This document shows positions 17,303 through 27,590 of a stretch of DNA of 64,000 nt, in pieces. Under the pieces are notes generated by a model that saw only the letters and a list, made by a program, of their open reading frames with translations, did no database searches and was not told the origin of the DNA. Source of the DNA: an uncultured virus (IMG/VR IMGVR_UViG_3300025872_000049) (lineage: Duplodnaviria > Heunggongvirae > Uroviricota > Caudoviricetes); the IMG/VR virus record IMGVR_UViG_3300025872_000049. One strand, written 5' to 3'. The position numbers and the translations under genes are program-made. Every line of letters begins with the position of its first letter. Positions within the stretch are counted from its first letter, which is position 1.

Positions 17303-17620
17303 CTACTTCTCGCCCCACATTTGGGCAAGCGTTGGTCTCACTGCCCTGATGCCCCTGCGCTTTTGTTCCGAAGCCAACTGACGACTCGTCAAGCCTGCCC
17401 AGACTCCGTGCATATCGGCTGCGGGGAACTCTAGGGCATATTCCAGACAATCTGCCTTTACAGGACACTCAGAACAGATTTCACGGGCTTGCTGGATATA
17501 GGTGATGTCCTTGTGATGCCGTGGAAACATCAGGTGCGTCAAGCCCTTACAGGCTGCTTTGTGAGTCCAGTGGTTCTCATCAGTGACAATCTTCTGGGGC
17601 TTGTTGTCTATCAAGGTCAC
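17303..17620 (-). CDS. whiB: WhiB-family transcription regulator
   Basis: AAC...ICSECPVKADCLEYAL...GVWAGL. Confidence 0.9.
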   Translation of the reverse strand: MTLIDNKPQKIVTDENHWTHKAACKGLTHLMFPRHHKDITYIQQAREICSECPVKADCLEYALEFPAADMHGVWAGLTSRQLASEQKRRGIRAVRPTLAQMWGEK

Positions 17621-18234
17621 TTGCCCTCACGCTGGGTATAGATATGGCAGGGACCGCCTGTATAGGGGTCATGGGTTCCTGCTACCTGAAGGGCGGTTGT
17701 CGTAACCTCTATCGCCCGCTTCATCGTCAAGCCCTCGGTAGAGTTGTCAATTAGAATATGAAGCGCCGCTCGGGCGTACTGATAGCCGGTGCCGATGGCA
17801 TAGATGCCGGTTGCGTCCTTCGACCATGAGTAGTCCGACTCAATGATGTAGATATTTGCCCTGACAGAGACGATGATGGTGGAGTTCTGCTCTGCCTGAT
17901 GGTCTCGTTCCTGCTTATCAGGAGGACTAAAGCCTTCGTCGTCAAAGCAATTACGCAAAACTGGGATAAACCGACGCGTAATATGCTGGTCTAGTTTCTC
18001 CGGTGTTGTTGCGTACCTCGTTGTCGGAGGCTGAAAGACATGGTGAAGGAGGTTGATAGCGCGCACATCACCGGCGGCTCCGAGAATGTATTCATCCTTT
18101 TCAGCCAGTTTGCTACTGGTCTTTGGCAGGATTGTCTGCCCACTGATGAATCCATTGTCGTCAAAGGAAGAAATCTTGGAGTCCGCTCCTAGAACGGTCC
18201 AGCCTTTCCCTTGTAGCCCGATGATGGTTGTCAT
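17617..18234 (-). CDS. HslV/proteasome-beta-like Ntn peptidase
   Basis: N-terminal MTTIIG, GADSK, AIGTG, DPYTGG. Confidence 0.8.
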   Translation of the reverse strand: MTTIIGLQGKGWTVLGADSKISSFDDNGFISGQTILPKTSSKLAEKDEYILGAAGDVRAINLLHHVFQPPTTRYATTPEKLDQHITRRFIPVLRNCFDDEGFSPPDKQERDHQAEQNSTIIVSVRANIYIIESDYSWSKDATGIYAIGTGYQYARAALHILIDNSTEGLTMKRAIEVTTTALQVAGTHDPYTGGPCHIYTQREGK

Positions 18235-18255
18235 GATTCTTCCAGTTAAATTTAT

Positions 18256-19494
18256 TTAGATGATGGAGAGGTTGTCCCAGCCATCAGCCGTGACGCAGAA
18301 GGTCAGGGTTCCGGCGCGCGTCTTGACCCCATAGGTGTCTTGGAAATACTCGCCAACAGGGACGATTGACGGGCAGACAAACAGCGCCCGACCCTCCTGC
18401 TCCTTGGCGTTGAAGTGGTGGTAATGCCCAGTTACCAGAATGTCAGCGTCAGCGACGCCCGGATGCGCTCGCCCGTGCGCTTGGTCCTTCCACCAGTTCC
18501 AGACAGCCTGAGCGGCATTGTTGCCTGCCTTCGATAGATGCCCATGGGTGAATGCCAGAATCTTGCCATTCACCTCAAGCGAGGTGGTGAGACGCTCTAG
18601 CGGAAGCCTCCACGAGATGTTAGGGAATGCTTCCTTATTCATCTGGAAAGCCTCAGCAAGTTGCTCAAAGACAGCAACATCGTCGTTGTCGCCAGTTGTG
18701 GTGAACGCCTTGCCACTCAGACCTCGGTTCTCGCCGTGATTACCACCGACGGCAGTAACAGTTAGCCTCTGAGCGAGCGGTGCTAGCGCGAAGATAATGT
18801 CCCTAATACCCCGTCGAACAATCTTCATCTGCTCGCGTCGGTCGACCTCAATGCGGAACTGCTGGGCGGGATAGTGCCCGCAGGTTCCCTCTACGAGGTC
18901 ACCAAGACCAGCAATGACAATATGGTCAATCTTTAGACCAGTCTTGCGGAGGTCTTTGACTCTTTGGGAAATTTTCTCAGGTAGAAGAGCGATTTCTTCA
19001 ACCTGCTTCTCTACTCCGCCACCGTCACGATTTCCGGTCTGCCAGTCCGACAAAGCAACGACAAAAGTGGTGTCCCCAGTGGGCGCCGGTTTTGATGATT
19101 TCTTTGACTTCTTGATGGACTGATATATCTCGTCCATATTTGGGCGTTCTGGCGACTTCAGCCGTATATCAGCCTTGTACGAGTAGCAGATAGCGCTATA
19201 CGCCTCCCCACCCGCATAGTCTTTCTTCCACCCATCAAACGATGTCCAGCGAATACTGTCGCCGACGACCTCATAAAGGTTTGGGTCTAGACCACGCTCA
19301 CGAAGCAGGTCGGACCAATCGGTCGGGGGTTCGTGGATAGCCGAGGTTGTAATCGTTCCTTTGGTTCCATCCCAGACAACTCCTGGTTCCCAGCCGGTCG
19401 GTGACTTGCGAGTCTTGACGGCATCTTTGAGTTCCGCCTCACCCTCAATTGCGGCAAGCCGCTTTGTTAGTTCGCTCACTTCGCCTCCTTGCAT
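18256..19494 (-). CDS. Calcineurin-like metallophosphoesterase
   Basis: SDWQ, GDLVEG, GNHGE, THGH, GHYHH. Confidence 0.85.
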   Translation of the reverse strand: MQGGEVSELTKRLAAIEGEAELKDAVKTRKSPTGWEPGVVWDGTKGTITTSAIHEPPTDWSDLLRERGLDPNLYEVVGDSIRWTSFDGWKKDYAGGEAYSAICYSYKADIRLKSPERPNMDEIYQSIKKSKKSSKPAPTGDTTFVVALSDWQTGNRDGGGVEKQVEEIALLPEKISQRVKDLRKTGLKIDHIVIAGLGDLVEGTCGHYPAQQFRIEVDRREQMKIVRRGIRDIIFALAPLAQRLTVTAVGGNHGENRGLSGKAFTTTGDNDDVAVFEQLAEAFQMNKEAFPNISWRLPLERLTTSLEVNGKILAFTHGHLSKAGNNAAQAVWNWWKDQAHGRAHPGVADADILVTGHYHHFNAKEQEGRALFVCPSIVPVGEYFQDTYGVKTRAGTLTFCVTADGWDNLSII

Positions 19495-19715
19495 CGACAG
19501 AAGCCTTTGCGATGAAGAGTCACCGTCTGACGGTCAACTTTGTATCCCTCAGTACGCAAAACCTCTGTAATAGAACGAGTTGAAGCGTGAGAAACAAGTG
19601 CACTAGTGAGGGCGTCTTTATCTTCTTTAGGAAGTTCGTCAAGTATCTTTCCAAGTGTGCAATAAAGAGGATGCGACACTTCAGGAAGATTCGCGAGTTT
19701 GTCCTTTAGACCCAT
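19476..19715 (-). CDS. Small HTH-like protein coupled to the phosphoesterase
   Basis: C...HRKGFCRC; overlap with next gene. Confidence 0.65.
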   Translation of the reverse strand: MGLKDKLANLPEVSHPLYCTLGKILDELPKEDKDALTSALVSHASTRSITEVLRTEGYKVDRQTVTLHRKGFCRCKEAK

Positions 19716-19783
19716 TTACAGCCCCTCAACTGTTGCGCTATGCGCCACCGCGGTCCAACCACACGAACTATAGTACATGATGT

Positions 19784-20230
19784 ATGAATGAGCAAGCATC
19801 AACATACGATGTCAAAGAACAACTATTAGAGCCAGTGCGCGCGCTAGTTGATAGTGCGTTAAGAAATGGTTTAAATGCTGATGAGATTGCAGATGGTATT
19901 CTTCATTTGCTTGACACGAAACATCTCGTCGAATACTCATCAAGCAAAACAGTTCGGCTACTCAACTCGCATGGGCGAGTTCTTGTTGCGATTCTTGAAG
20001 ACCCAGGTATTACTCAGCGAGCAATTGCGCAGTATCTACGAGTATCAGAAAGCAACATCAATGTGTCAGTCAATTATTTGATACGAGAGAAACTCGTAAC
20101 AAAGACAAAAGTCAACAATCGGAATACTTACAGATTCAATGCCAAAGAGGCTTTGAAGCATCCTGATATCAGCCGTCTTCTTTCAACTATCATTCCCCAT
20201 GTTGCTGAGTTGGCAAAAGGGGAAGTCTGA
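19784..20230 (+). CDS. MarR-like winged-HTH protein
   Basis: VLVAILEDPGITQRAIAQYLRVSESNI. Confidence 0.8.
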   Translation: MNEQASTYDVKEQLLEPVRALVDSALRNGLNADEIADGILHLLDTKHLVEYSSSKTVRLLNSHGRVLVAILEDPGITQRAIAQYLRVSESNINVSVNYLIREKLVTKTKVNNRNTYRFNAKEALKHPDISRLLSTIIPHVAELAKGEV

Positions 20231-20235
20231 TATAC

Positions 20236-21372
20236 ATGACCTACACGCTCATTCAAGGAAACGCCCTTGACCTCAAGTTGCCCGACGAGAGTGTGGACCT
20301 CATCATTACAAGTCCTCCATACTGGGGGCTTCGCACCTATCAAGACAAAGGTGAAGCGGTTAGTCAGCAGATTGGCGCTGAAGCAGAACCAGCGGAATTC
20401 GTTGATGCCCTCATTGCCGCTACGAATGAGATGAAGCGTGTTCTCAAGCCCTCTGGCTCAATCTTCGTCAACCTCGGTGATAAGTACGCAGGCTCTGGAG
20501 GACATAACAATGCCGGAATCGGTGGTACTGGGCGTGGACCATCCAACTACCCAAAGACCGGAGCACCAGCAAAGTCCCTCATCGGCATCCCGTGGCGCTA
20601 CGCCATCAGAGCAGTAGACGACCTTGGACTTCTTCTACGAGCGGAAATTATTTGGTCTAAGGCAAATGGGATGCCTGACTCGGCACTAGACAGGGTACGT
20701 CGAAGCCACGAACACTGGTTCCACTTCACAAAGAGTCCGCAATACTTTTGCGCGATAGACCATATTCGTGAGAACACCGAAGCAGGTCTTGGTAAGACGC
20801 CCGGCTCCGTTTGGAAGGTTTCCATGGAGCCACTGCGCGTTCCGGAGGAACTCGGTGTCGACCATTACGCCGCATTTCCATCCGAATGGCCGAGGCAGTT
20901 CATTCAGGCATGGTCACCATCAGCAATCTGCTTTAGGTGCGGAACGCCGGTTGCCCCTATTTCACAGAAGCGAACTTCTGGTGAGATGACGACTGATTTT
21001 GGCATGGGTAAGCGACATCAGGGAATTGGGCAGATGGGACCCGGAGATACCTCATACCAACGAGGCGCATGGGCATCTGGAGTTACCTATGAAATCACGG
21101 GTTACAACTGCGAATGTGGCAATCCTTCAGACACGAAAGAATCGGTAGTTCTAGACCCATTTGGCGGAACAGGCACGACAGCCGCAGTTGCGCACTTTCT
21201 TGGTCGACATGGTGTCAGCGTGGACTTGTCTGCTGACTATCTGCGCATTGCTGACTGGCGATGTAACGATGAGAAGTTTCGTAAGAAGGTGCTGGGAAGA
21301 ACTGTTGTTCAGGATTGGGTGACGAGCCATGCGGAGAAGGCTTCGTCATCGACTGGGATAACCCATACCTGA
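20236..21372 (+). CDS. DNA N4-C/N6-A methyltransferase (beta class) with Cys insertion
   Basis: TSPPY ... HYAAFP ... VLDPFGGTGTT. Confidence 0.9.
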   Translation: MTYTLIQGNALDLKLPDESVDLIITSPPYWGLRTYQDKGEAVSQQIGAEAEPAEFVDALIAATNEMKRVLKPSGSIFVNLGDKYAGSGGHNNAGIGGTGRGPSNYPKTGAPAKSLIGIPWRYAIRAVDDLGLLLRAEIIWSKANGMPDSALDRVRRSHEHWFHFTKSPQYFCAIDHIRENTEAGLGKTPGSVWKVSMEPLRVPEELGVDHYAAFPSEWPRQFIQAWSPSAICFRCGTPVAPISQKRTSGEMTTDFGMGKRHQGIGQMGPGDTSYQRGAWASGVTYEITGYNCECGNPSDTKESVVLDPFGGTGTTAAVAHFLGRHGVSVDLSADYLRIADWRCNDEKFRKKVLGRTVVQDWVTSHAEKASSSTGITHT

Positions 21373-21635
21373 CAGAGTTCCGCGTCGTCTGTATCTCCAA
21401 CCACAGACCACGCAAGTTCCAAATGACTGCTGCACTCACAAATACCAACATTGCAATCAAGGCCATAGGTCTCCAAAAAATAGGTGACGATGCAGTCAAA
21501 TTTACCGACTTTGCACTCTCTGTTTTCCGTCTGCGGACAAGAGACCTGAGAGATTGTTATTTCACTTCTGTTGAGGTGCAGGTACATGACATGTCCGTCG
21601 TTATGCCAGACAACCTCTTCTAATGAATCAAGCAT
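21309..21635 (-). CDS. Hypothetical Cys-rich protein
   Basis: Convergent ORF. Confidence 0.55.
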   Translation of the reverse strand: MLDSLEEVVWHNDGHVMYLHLNRSEITISQVSCPQTENRECKVGKFDCIVTYFLETYGLDCNVGICECSSHLELAWSVVGDTDDAELCQVWVIPVDDEAFSAWLVTQS

Positions 21636-21750
21636 TTGACTCCAGATAAATTAGGAAATTAAGGGTACATCCCAAAGAAGGGGCGCGCACATACATTATC
21701 CCACAGGTCTATTTCACGATGTAAAAGCCAGCATGGGGTACAATTCGCTC

Positions 21751-21873
21751 GTGCAAAATCAAGAAATTGATGAAGAGAACGAAGACAACGAACTGCTTTA
21801 CTGCATAGAATGCGGACAGCCCCTAACTAGGGGCGATAGTAAGTGTCCGAGGTGTGGCGAGTTTCAGTGGTAA
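21751..21873 (+). CDS. 40-aa zinc-ribbon protein
   Basis: YCIECG...KCPRCG; TACAAT 6 nt before GTG (leaderless). Confidence 0.6.
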   Translation: MQNQEIDEENEDNELLYCIECGQPLTRGDSKCPRCGEFQW

Positions 21874-22055
21874 CAGACGAAGAGTTCTTCAAACTAACAG
21901 TATGCCCGTACTGTGGTTCTCAAGTAGGGGAACGTGGCATGGATATTCATGAAGTGCTCATGCACCCAGAAAAGCGTGTTCGCTTCCATACGGAAGAGTA
22001 CAAGCAATGGTGTGCTGAACAGGCTAAGAGCAAGTCAAAGCGTAAAAAGTCCTAA
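21867..22055 (+). CDS. Small Zn-finger protein
   Basis: CPYCG...H....H. Confidence 0.5.
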   Translation: MVTDEEFFKLTVCPYCGSQVGERGMDIHEVLMHPEKRVRFHTEEYKQWCAEQAKSKSKRKKS

Positions 22056-22315
22056 GAGACTTTACGCGAGCGCTTTGTCATTGCCGAATCCGAGTGTGAT
22101 GCTAGATGGTCATCAATTCGACCGTGAACCATCCGGAATCCTTCATCAACCTTGTCGTCCAGATGACGAATATCGCCCTTTAGGTCATCAAGACGTTCAC
22201 GAACCATTGAATGGTCGCGCGTATTTTCACGGCGTGATTTCTCAACAAGCGCCGTCATTAATCCAATTGCCGCTACAGCGAGGGCGATTAAACCATCTTG
22301 AAGTGTGACGCTCAT
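22052..22315 (-). CDS. Holin-like protein (N-terminal TM + coiled coil)
   Basis: One TM segment; follows endolysin. Confidence 0.55.
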   Translation of the reverse strand: MSVTLQDGLIALAVAAIGLMTALVEKSRRENTRDHSMVRERLDDLKGDIRHLDDKVDEGFRMVHGRIDDHLASHSDSAMTKRSRKVS

Positions 22316-22398
22316 TCGCCCTCCGCTCAGTTGTTTGGCTAGCAGAGTTGCTGTAAAAGTTTACTAAGACAACTTGCTTGCTTGGTGCAACTAAAGCA

Positions 22399-22866
22399 TC
22401 AGCCTTTCAGGATTCGTGCGAAAGTATCGGCAACGAGTTTTGCATCATTGGCAAACTTGGGGCTGAGTTCAACATGAACCCACTTTCCACCGGGCGAACC
22501 AATGGTGGGCTTGTCGTAAACCTTCCATGCGGCACGGTCACAGCGCCACCCGCGACCATGCGGACCGCCCTCGAAGGAATAATCATGTATTTCTTCGATT
22601 TCAAAATCATTTGCATGCTTCACGAGAAAGTCAATAAGAGCAAGACCGGCGGCACGGTCCTTGTCGTACCCAAGGTCCATTGCTCGTCCAGTACCATGAA
22701 TGCTCGGCTTTGCTGGAGCACCCGGATTATTCATTGCGCGGACAACCCAAGTTCCGAGGTTCTTAATTTTTCCACCGTTAAGAAAAACGATGGTGTCCTT
22801 GAACGCCTCAGTGCCAGCCAATTTTCCAGTGGCGTTTCCGTTGAATCCAGTGTAGGGACGACCCAT
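22399..22866 (-). CDS. Endolysin, peptidase M15-like
   Basis: SIHGTGRAMD ... WVHVE Zn ligands. Confidence 0.75.
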   Translation of the reverse strand: MGRPYTGFNGNATGKLAGTEAFKDTIVFLNGGKIKNLGTWVVRAMNNPGAPAKPSIHGTGRAMDLGYDKDRAAGLALIDFLVKHANDFEIEEIHDYSFEGGPHGRGWRCDRAAWKVYDKPTIGSPGGKWVHVELSPKFANDAKLVADTFARILKG

Positions 22867-22882
22867 TTCAGTTCACCTCGTA

Positions 22883-23215
22883 TTACTTCAGGAGCGGGTC
22901 GATAGAAGAACCGACAGGCTCGGATTGATATTGCGGTTGAGCAGAAGCCTCCTCATTGGGCTTCCGATTAGAGAGACCATTCGCGGCGAGTACGCCTGAG
23001 AGCGCACCCGATAGGAAGAGAACGATAGGAACAAGAATGGAATCAATAAGCATCTTGTCCGTTAGTGATTGACCCGACTTATTCTCAGGACCGAGAGGCT
23101 GAGTCACGAAGATAAGCGAATACATCGTCCCAAGAACGATGATTGCGAAAGTAATTGCAAGCGTAACGCCAACAGCGAGCGTCAGAATTTCCTTGGCGGA
23201 CCACCTATTGCGCAT
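22883..23215 (-). CDS. Two-TM membrane protein
   Basis: Two hydrophobic helices. Confidence 0.7.
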   Translation of the reverse strand: MRNRWSAKEILTLAVGVTLAITFAIIVLGTMYSLIFVTQPLGPENKSGQSLTDKMLIDSILVPIVLFLSGALSGVLAANGLSNRKPNEEASAQPQYQSEPVGSSIDPLLK

Positions 23216-23420
23216 CTTCCTTCAGCCCTTCCGGAATCAAATATTCGGTACAGGTTCCCGTGACGACGCAACCAGGGCGCTTGCATTCTGGCTTGTCCCA
23301 GTTCTCCTGCTCTTGACATGGATATCGAACCCAGCCGTCATAACCGCATGCAGAAAAAGACCCGCCAAAGCCAAGGGCAAGCAAAAATGCAACTATATAC
23401 CGAGTGAATGTACGTCGCAC
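23205..23420 (-). CDS. Small lipoprotein
   Basis: Signal peptide with FSAC lipobox; RYPCQ..NW...C..P.C...C. Confidence 0.7.
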   Translation of the reverse strand: MRRTFTRYIVAFLLALGFGGSFSACGYDGWVRYPCQEQENWDKPECKRPGCVVTGTCTEYLIPEGLKEDAQ

Positions 23421-23456
23421 AGGTCTATTATACCTGTCAAAAATTAGTTCCTAGAT

Positions 23457-23624
23457 TTACTCGTCTTTGTTAAGAAGCAGTGCAGTGACATAGACGCCAA
23501 ATGAAATTCCGCTAATCCAAAGCCCCCACTTGAGCGTTTCCCCAGACAGGGTAATCAGAACCATGGCGGTACCGCCGAGGGTCCACGCCAAGCCAGTTGC
23601 CTCGTCAAAGAATTTCTTAAGCAT
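23457..23624 (-). CDS. Small two-TM protein
   Basis: TAATG coupling; GLAWTLGG...LITLSG. Confidence 0.65.
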   Translation of the reverse strand: MLKKFFDEATGLAWTLGGTAMVLITLSGETLKWGLWISGISFGVYVTALLLNKDE

Positions 23625-24970
23625 TACTTTCTCCTTGTTGCCGGTTGGGCTGAAAGAATGAGGCAAAAGCCAAGCGCCATAAGACCAATAGCAAGGAGGA
23701 CCTGAGTTTCTGTTCCATTACCAGTCTTAGGAAGGTCTGGCGTTAGCACGGGGATAGATGATGTGGTTGGGGATTCCGGAAGCGCTGTAGTCGTAGTTTC
23801 AGGAGCGGTCGTCGTAGTTTCGACTGGGACCGTAGTTTCACGATTGTCGTCATCATCCTCTGCCACAGTTGTTGTAGGTGCCTCGGTTGGTGCAGGCTCG
23901 GTAGCAGGGGGGTCGGTCTCAACTGGGTCCGTTGAAGGAGGGTCAGTTGGGTCCGTTGAAGGAGGGTCAGTCGCTTCGGGGTCTGTTGAAGGAGGGTCTG
24001 TAGCCACAGGGTCCGTAGCGGGCGGGTCAGTCACCGGAGGTTCAGTCGTGGCTGGCGGAACTGTTGGCGCATCCGAGTTATTTGGCGCTACGGCTCCGAA
24101 ATCTTCCCCATTCTTAGTCGTTGAGCCGGGCTGGCTATCAACTAGGAGGACGGGCGAGAGTGCTGTGTCATCAAGATTAAAGACCGCAAAGCCAAGGAGA
24201 TAATCGCCAGTTACCGAGACGGTGTAGGTCGACATTTGCCAACCAGTAGAACCAAATGTGCCAGTGGAATAGTCGCCAGTTCCGGGGTTTGTGAAGCCAA
24301 GAAGCGCATACTGATTGCCACTATTATTTACCGAAACAGTAGGTGACCCTGAAGTTGGCGTCAGTGAAGTGATTGAGCCATCGTTGAAGGGGACATAATC
24401 GGTGCCGATGTAGTTCCAAGACATAGTGTAGGTCGTTCCCGCCTGAAGCGTGACCGTCTTTGTAATCCATGAGGCATCAGTTGGCGAGCCACTTCCATAA
24501 CCAGAAGCGGAAGCCTGATTTGACAATTCCGAGCGCATATCTGTTTCATCAGAACTACTGACCCCAAGTGCCGTCAGAGCATCGTCAAATGTCTGGGAAC
24601 TATTGGGCTGGAGTGCGACTGCATACGAGCCATACGGACTAAATGACCATGACGTAGGGTCAACCGCTGGCTGGTAGTAGGGGTTAGGCGAGCCATCACC
24701 GAGCGTCGGGTTACCAACTGCTCCGTGACTTCCCGCATTAAATGTCACTGACCCACTGATAAGGGTCACGCCAGACCCATTACCAGTAATTAAGCCACCA
24801 GCCAGTGACCCACTCTGCGACCCAATATTCCAGTCAGATAGATTTCCAGACTCAAACCCAGTATCTGCCACAACCTCAGCAGATGCCGAGCCGAGACTCC
24901 ACGGCATGATTAGCGAAATTCCAGAGATAGCAAGAAAACCACCAAGAATATTGAGTGTTCGAGTTTTCAT
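23624..24970 (-). CDS. Secreted LPxTG sortase-anchored surface protein
   Basis: Signal peptide, beta-rich domain, TDPP repeats, LPKTG + TM + RRK tail. Confidence 0.8.
   Translation of the reverse strand: MKTRTLNILGGFLAISGISLIMPWSLGSASAEVVADTGFESGNLSDWNIGSQSGSLAGGLITGNGSGVTLISGSVTFNAGSHGAVGNPTLGDGSPNPYYQPAVDPTSWSFSPYGSYAVALQPNSSQTFDDALTALGVSSSDETDMRSELSNQASASGYGSGSPTDASWITKTVTLQAGTTYTMSWNYIGTDYVPFNDGSITSLTPTSGSPTVSVNNSGNQYALLGFTNPGTGDYSTGTFGSTGWQMSTYTVSVTGDYLLGFAVFNLDDTALSPVLLVDSQPGSTTKNGEDFGAVAPNNSDAPTVPPATTEPPVTDPPATDPVATDPPSTDPEATDPPSTDPTDPPSTDPVETDPPATEPAPTEAPTTTVAEDDDDNRETTVPVETTTTAPETTTTALPESPTTSSIPVLTPDLPKTGNGTETQVLLAIGLMALGFCLILSAQPATRRK
23880..24060 (-). repeat. TDPP(S/A)T coding repeats
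   Basis: Repeated gttgaaggagggtc units. Confidence 0.8.
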
Positions 24971-26748
24971 CAGTTCTTCCTTCTCCCTGCTCCGATTCCG
25001 GTTGTTGCTCCCATAATTGAGGTCGTTACCGTGACGGCAACGACCACACGACGCTCTCCAACCGTGATGGCAGAACCAGATGGGACATATGCGTCAAATT
25101 GTCCTGAGTAGACATTGACCTCCTCTTCAAAGACTTCCTTGACGGAATCATCCGTCTCGTTCAGCGCTTCAACGAGTTGTTCAGTCTGCTCATCAGATAG
25201 ATTTTCAAAATCAACTGATTCAATGACAGCCTTAATTTTATCACTATTAATATTACTAAAGGCTTTTGAACCTATGATTGAAATAAGGTCGTCGTCACTC
25301 GCTTCTTCAGGATTGATGTCGTCAAGAATTGCTTCAAGTTCTGCTGGGTCTTCAATAGCCTCAACAACCTCGGGAACTATTTCCTCAGGAAGTTGTTCTT
25401 CGGGCGGAGTCGTGATTTCTGGTTCAGGCTCTGGCGTTACCTCAGGCTCCGGAACTACTTCTGGAGCAGGCTCAGGCTCAGGCTCAGGTGCAACCTCAGG
25501 CTCTGGCTCTGGAGTTACCTCGGGTTCTGGAGCGGGTTCAGGTGCAACCTCTGGCTCAGGTTCTGGCTCTGGCTGAGGCTCAGGCTCGGGTTCCGGTTGA
25601 GGGTCTTCGTTATTTGATGGCGTATCAGTCGTAGTCGTTGTTTCTGGCTCAGTCGTGGTTGTAGTAGTCGCTGACTCTGTCGTCGTGGTTGTTTCTTCAG
25701 GAAGAGTTGTTGTTGTAGTTGTTGTAGGCACAGGGGCATCACCGCTGAATGCGGATGCTGGCACTACTTCATATGTACCCCCATCAATACTCCAGTAAAG
25801 ATAGAAGCAGGTTCCTCCGCCGTTTTCGTACATCCATGCGTCGATTGAATACTGACCAACTGGGATATCTAGCGGTCCACTGAAAGAGGGGGAACAGCCC
25901 TTATCAGTCCACAAGCCAAATGGCGCTTGACCGTCAATCTCTACTTGACTTCCATCGTCTGAATAGACAACGAACTCAATGGTGTTGTGCTCAGGAATAT
26001 TGATAAATCCCTGATAGTGCGCCATGAAATGGTCCCACCCACAGGTTCCGACATGCAACTCAGGGCTATCCCAGGTTTGATAAATATTCTCGTACCAAGT
26101 TTCACCGCACTGCTGATACGCACTGTCTGAGATGGTAGGGGGAATATTTGTGACCGTATAGATAGTGGTAGCGAGTCCGCCCTCTGGAGCAGGAGGCTCA
26201 GTCGTAGTCGTGGTTGTTTCAACCGGCGGTGGTTCTTCGGCAACAAGAGACGCACCGCTGATTACTGGTCCATAACATCCAGCCCACCAGAGCGAATCAA
26301 TACCCGAGAAACTGACGGTTACAGTCTCGTCATCGGATTGAGTCGTTATGGAGAGGGAGTGTTCGGTCGAACTTGCTTCGGTTATCGTCCCTGTAGAGAT
26401 TGTTTCGTCATCATCCTCAAGGGATGCTGAATATTGACCACCGCCCTCACTCAGCATTCCAGTAAATGAAAGAGTGACCACTCCCGCACTAGGAATGACG
26501 ACGTCTTGACTAACTGTCGCCATTTCGTAAGAAAACGCCAAACTGTCGGCATACCATTCCCCAAGTGATGGCTGACCAGCATTGCATGACGCTCCACCAT
26601 TTGCTCCGGTCCAGCCCCCTTGATTGGCTGAAAATGAACCGTTAACTAGATAGTCAACTGGTTCGGCAGTTGCCCGATTCAGGGGCAGTATGAAGAAGAA
26701 CAATATAAGCGGAAGAAAGGATATTGCTCGTCTAAGTTTATACGCCAC
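24970..26748 (-). CDS. Secreted/anchored PA14-domain protein with Thr- and PE-rich stalk
   Basis: Signal peptide; F.V.SDDG...YENGGG PA14 motifs; C-terminal hydrophobic segment + basic tail. Confidence 0.75.
   Translation of the reverse strand: MAYKLRRAISFLPLILFFFILPLNRATAEPVDYLVNGSFSANQGGWTGANGGASCNAGQPSLGEWYADSLAFSYEMATVSQDVVIPSAGVVTLSFTGMLSEGGGQYSASLEDDDETISTGTITEASSTEHSLSITTQSDDETVTVSFSGIDSLWWAGCYGPVISGASLVAEEPPPVETTTTTTEPPAPEGGLATTIYTVTNIPPTISDSAYQQCGETWYENIYQTWDSPELHVGTCGWDHFMAHYQGFINIPEHNTIEFVVYSDDGSQVEIDGQAPFGLWTDKGCSPSFSGPLDIPVGQYSIDAWMYENGGGTCFYLYWSIDGGTYEVVPASAFSGDAPVPTTTTTTTLPEETTTTTESATTTTTTEPETTTTTDTPSNNEDPQPEPEPEPQPEPEPEPEVAPEPAPEPEVTPEPEPEVAPEPEPEPAPEVVPEPEVTPEPEPEITTPPEEQLPEEIVPEVVEAIEDPAELEAILDDINPEEASDDDLISIIGSKAFSNINSDKIKAVIESVDFENLSDEQTEQLVEALNETDDSVKEVFEEEVNVYSGQFDAYVPSGSAITVGERRVVVAVTVTTSIMGATTGIGAGRRKN
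25420..25600 (-). repeat. (PE)n coding repeats
   Basis: ctcaggctc tandem units. Confidence 0.85.
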
Positions 26749-26799
26749 CTACTAATTGTAAAATATCCAAATAATGGCTAGTGGCAATAAGGCTATGAA

Positions 26800-27189
26800 C
26801 TAAGTCTGCTCCATCCCGAACTTGGAGCCATTCATATAAATCATTGAGGCAGGCAGTTTGCCATCAGCGACGAGTTTGCGTCTGTATTCAAGGTAAACAG
26901 GGACATTTTCAACAATCGTCGGATTGATGTTAAGCCAAACAGTCTTTTCACGAACGAACTTCGCCTTAGTCTCTTCCTTGTCAGGGCGCATGTATTCAAA
27001 AAAGCGTTGCCCGCGATACTTCTCCTTAACCTCAAGGTAAAGGATGTACATAGTGTCTTCGGTGAGGAAGAGGTCAAGAAAACCAACATCCTCCGTGTCG
27101 TTCAAAAACGTAACCCGCTTAACTTCCTTAGAGGGGTCGTCGGGGAAATAATTAATTGGAGAGATTTGCTCTCTGTAGCCCTTCTTCAT
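26800..27189 (-). CDS. Possible GNAT-fold protein
   Basis: ILYLEVKEKYRGQ resembles GNAT motif A. Confidence 0.45.
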   Translation of the reverse strand: MKKGYREQISPINYFPDDPSKEVKRVTFLNDTEDVGFLDLFLTEDTMYILYLEVKEKYRGQRFFEYMRPDKEETKAKFVREKTVWLNINPTIVENVPVYLEYRRKLVADGKLPASMIYMNGSKFGMEQT

Positions 27190-27583
27190 ATTGCTTCTCG
27201 TTTCGTGGGGTCCACGGACCTAAATCAGTGGGGAATGTTGGTTTAATAGCATATACAACAGCAAGAAAATGCCACTGCCTTTCAGTTAATGGCTCACCCG
27301 TTTCTGGTGTTAATCCAATTGGACAAACCCAATAGCCGTTATCGTCCAAAATAAACCACGGCTTAGGTGCTGGTTCAACAAAAATATCTAGCGACTCAAT
27401 ATAAAGATATCCAGCACTTGGAAATACATCTCTAATGGACTCATTATAGGAGCATTGAATCCAGCGACCATCTAGTCCTAATGAGTTATTGATAAATGCC
27501 TGACCGTTAGATTCCTCAGAATCAGGAATTGTAATAACTTGTTCAACTGTATTTTCCGAATTTACTTTTGCAAAGTGTGCCAT
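27152..27583 (-). CDS. Fibre-associated protein
   Basis: MAHFAKV...WIQCSYN..R..F...GY.Y....D.F..P family seen after Gly-rich fibres. Confidence 0.65.
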   Translation of the reverse strand: MAHFAKVNSENTVEQVITIPDSEESNGQAFINNSLGLDGRWIQCSYNESIRDVFPSAGYLYIESLDIFVEPAPKPWFILDDNGYWVCPIGLTPETGEPLTERQWHFLAVVYAIKPTFPTDLGPWTPRNEKQYEEGLQRANLSN

Positions 27584-27590
27584 GGCTATC

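Noticed and set aside
20920..21125. Intein or intron in the methyltransferase
   Set aside because: The insert is bounded by CxxC/CxC (Zn-ribbon-like) and lacks intein splice residues
23763..25576. Plus-strand Gly/Ser/Val-rich ORFs
   Set aside because: Antisense shadows of the Pro/Thr/Glu repeats
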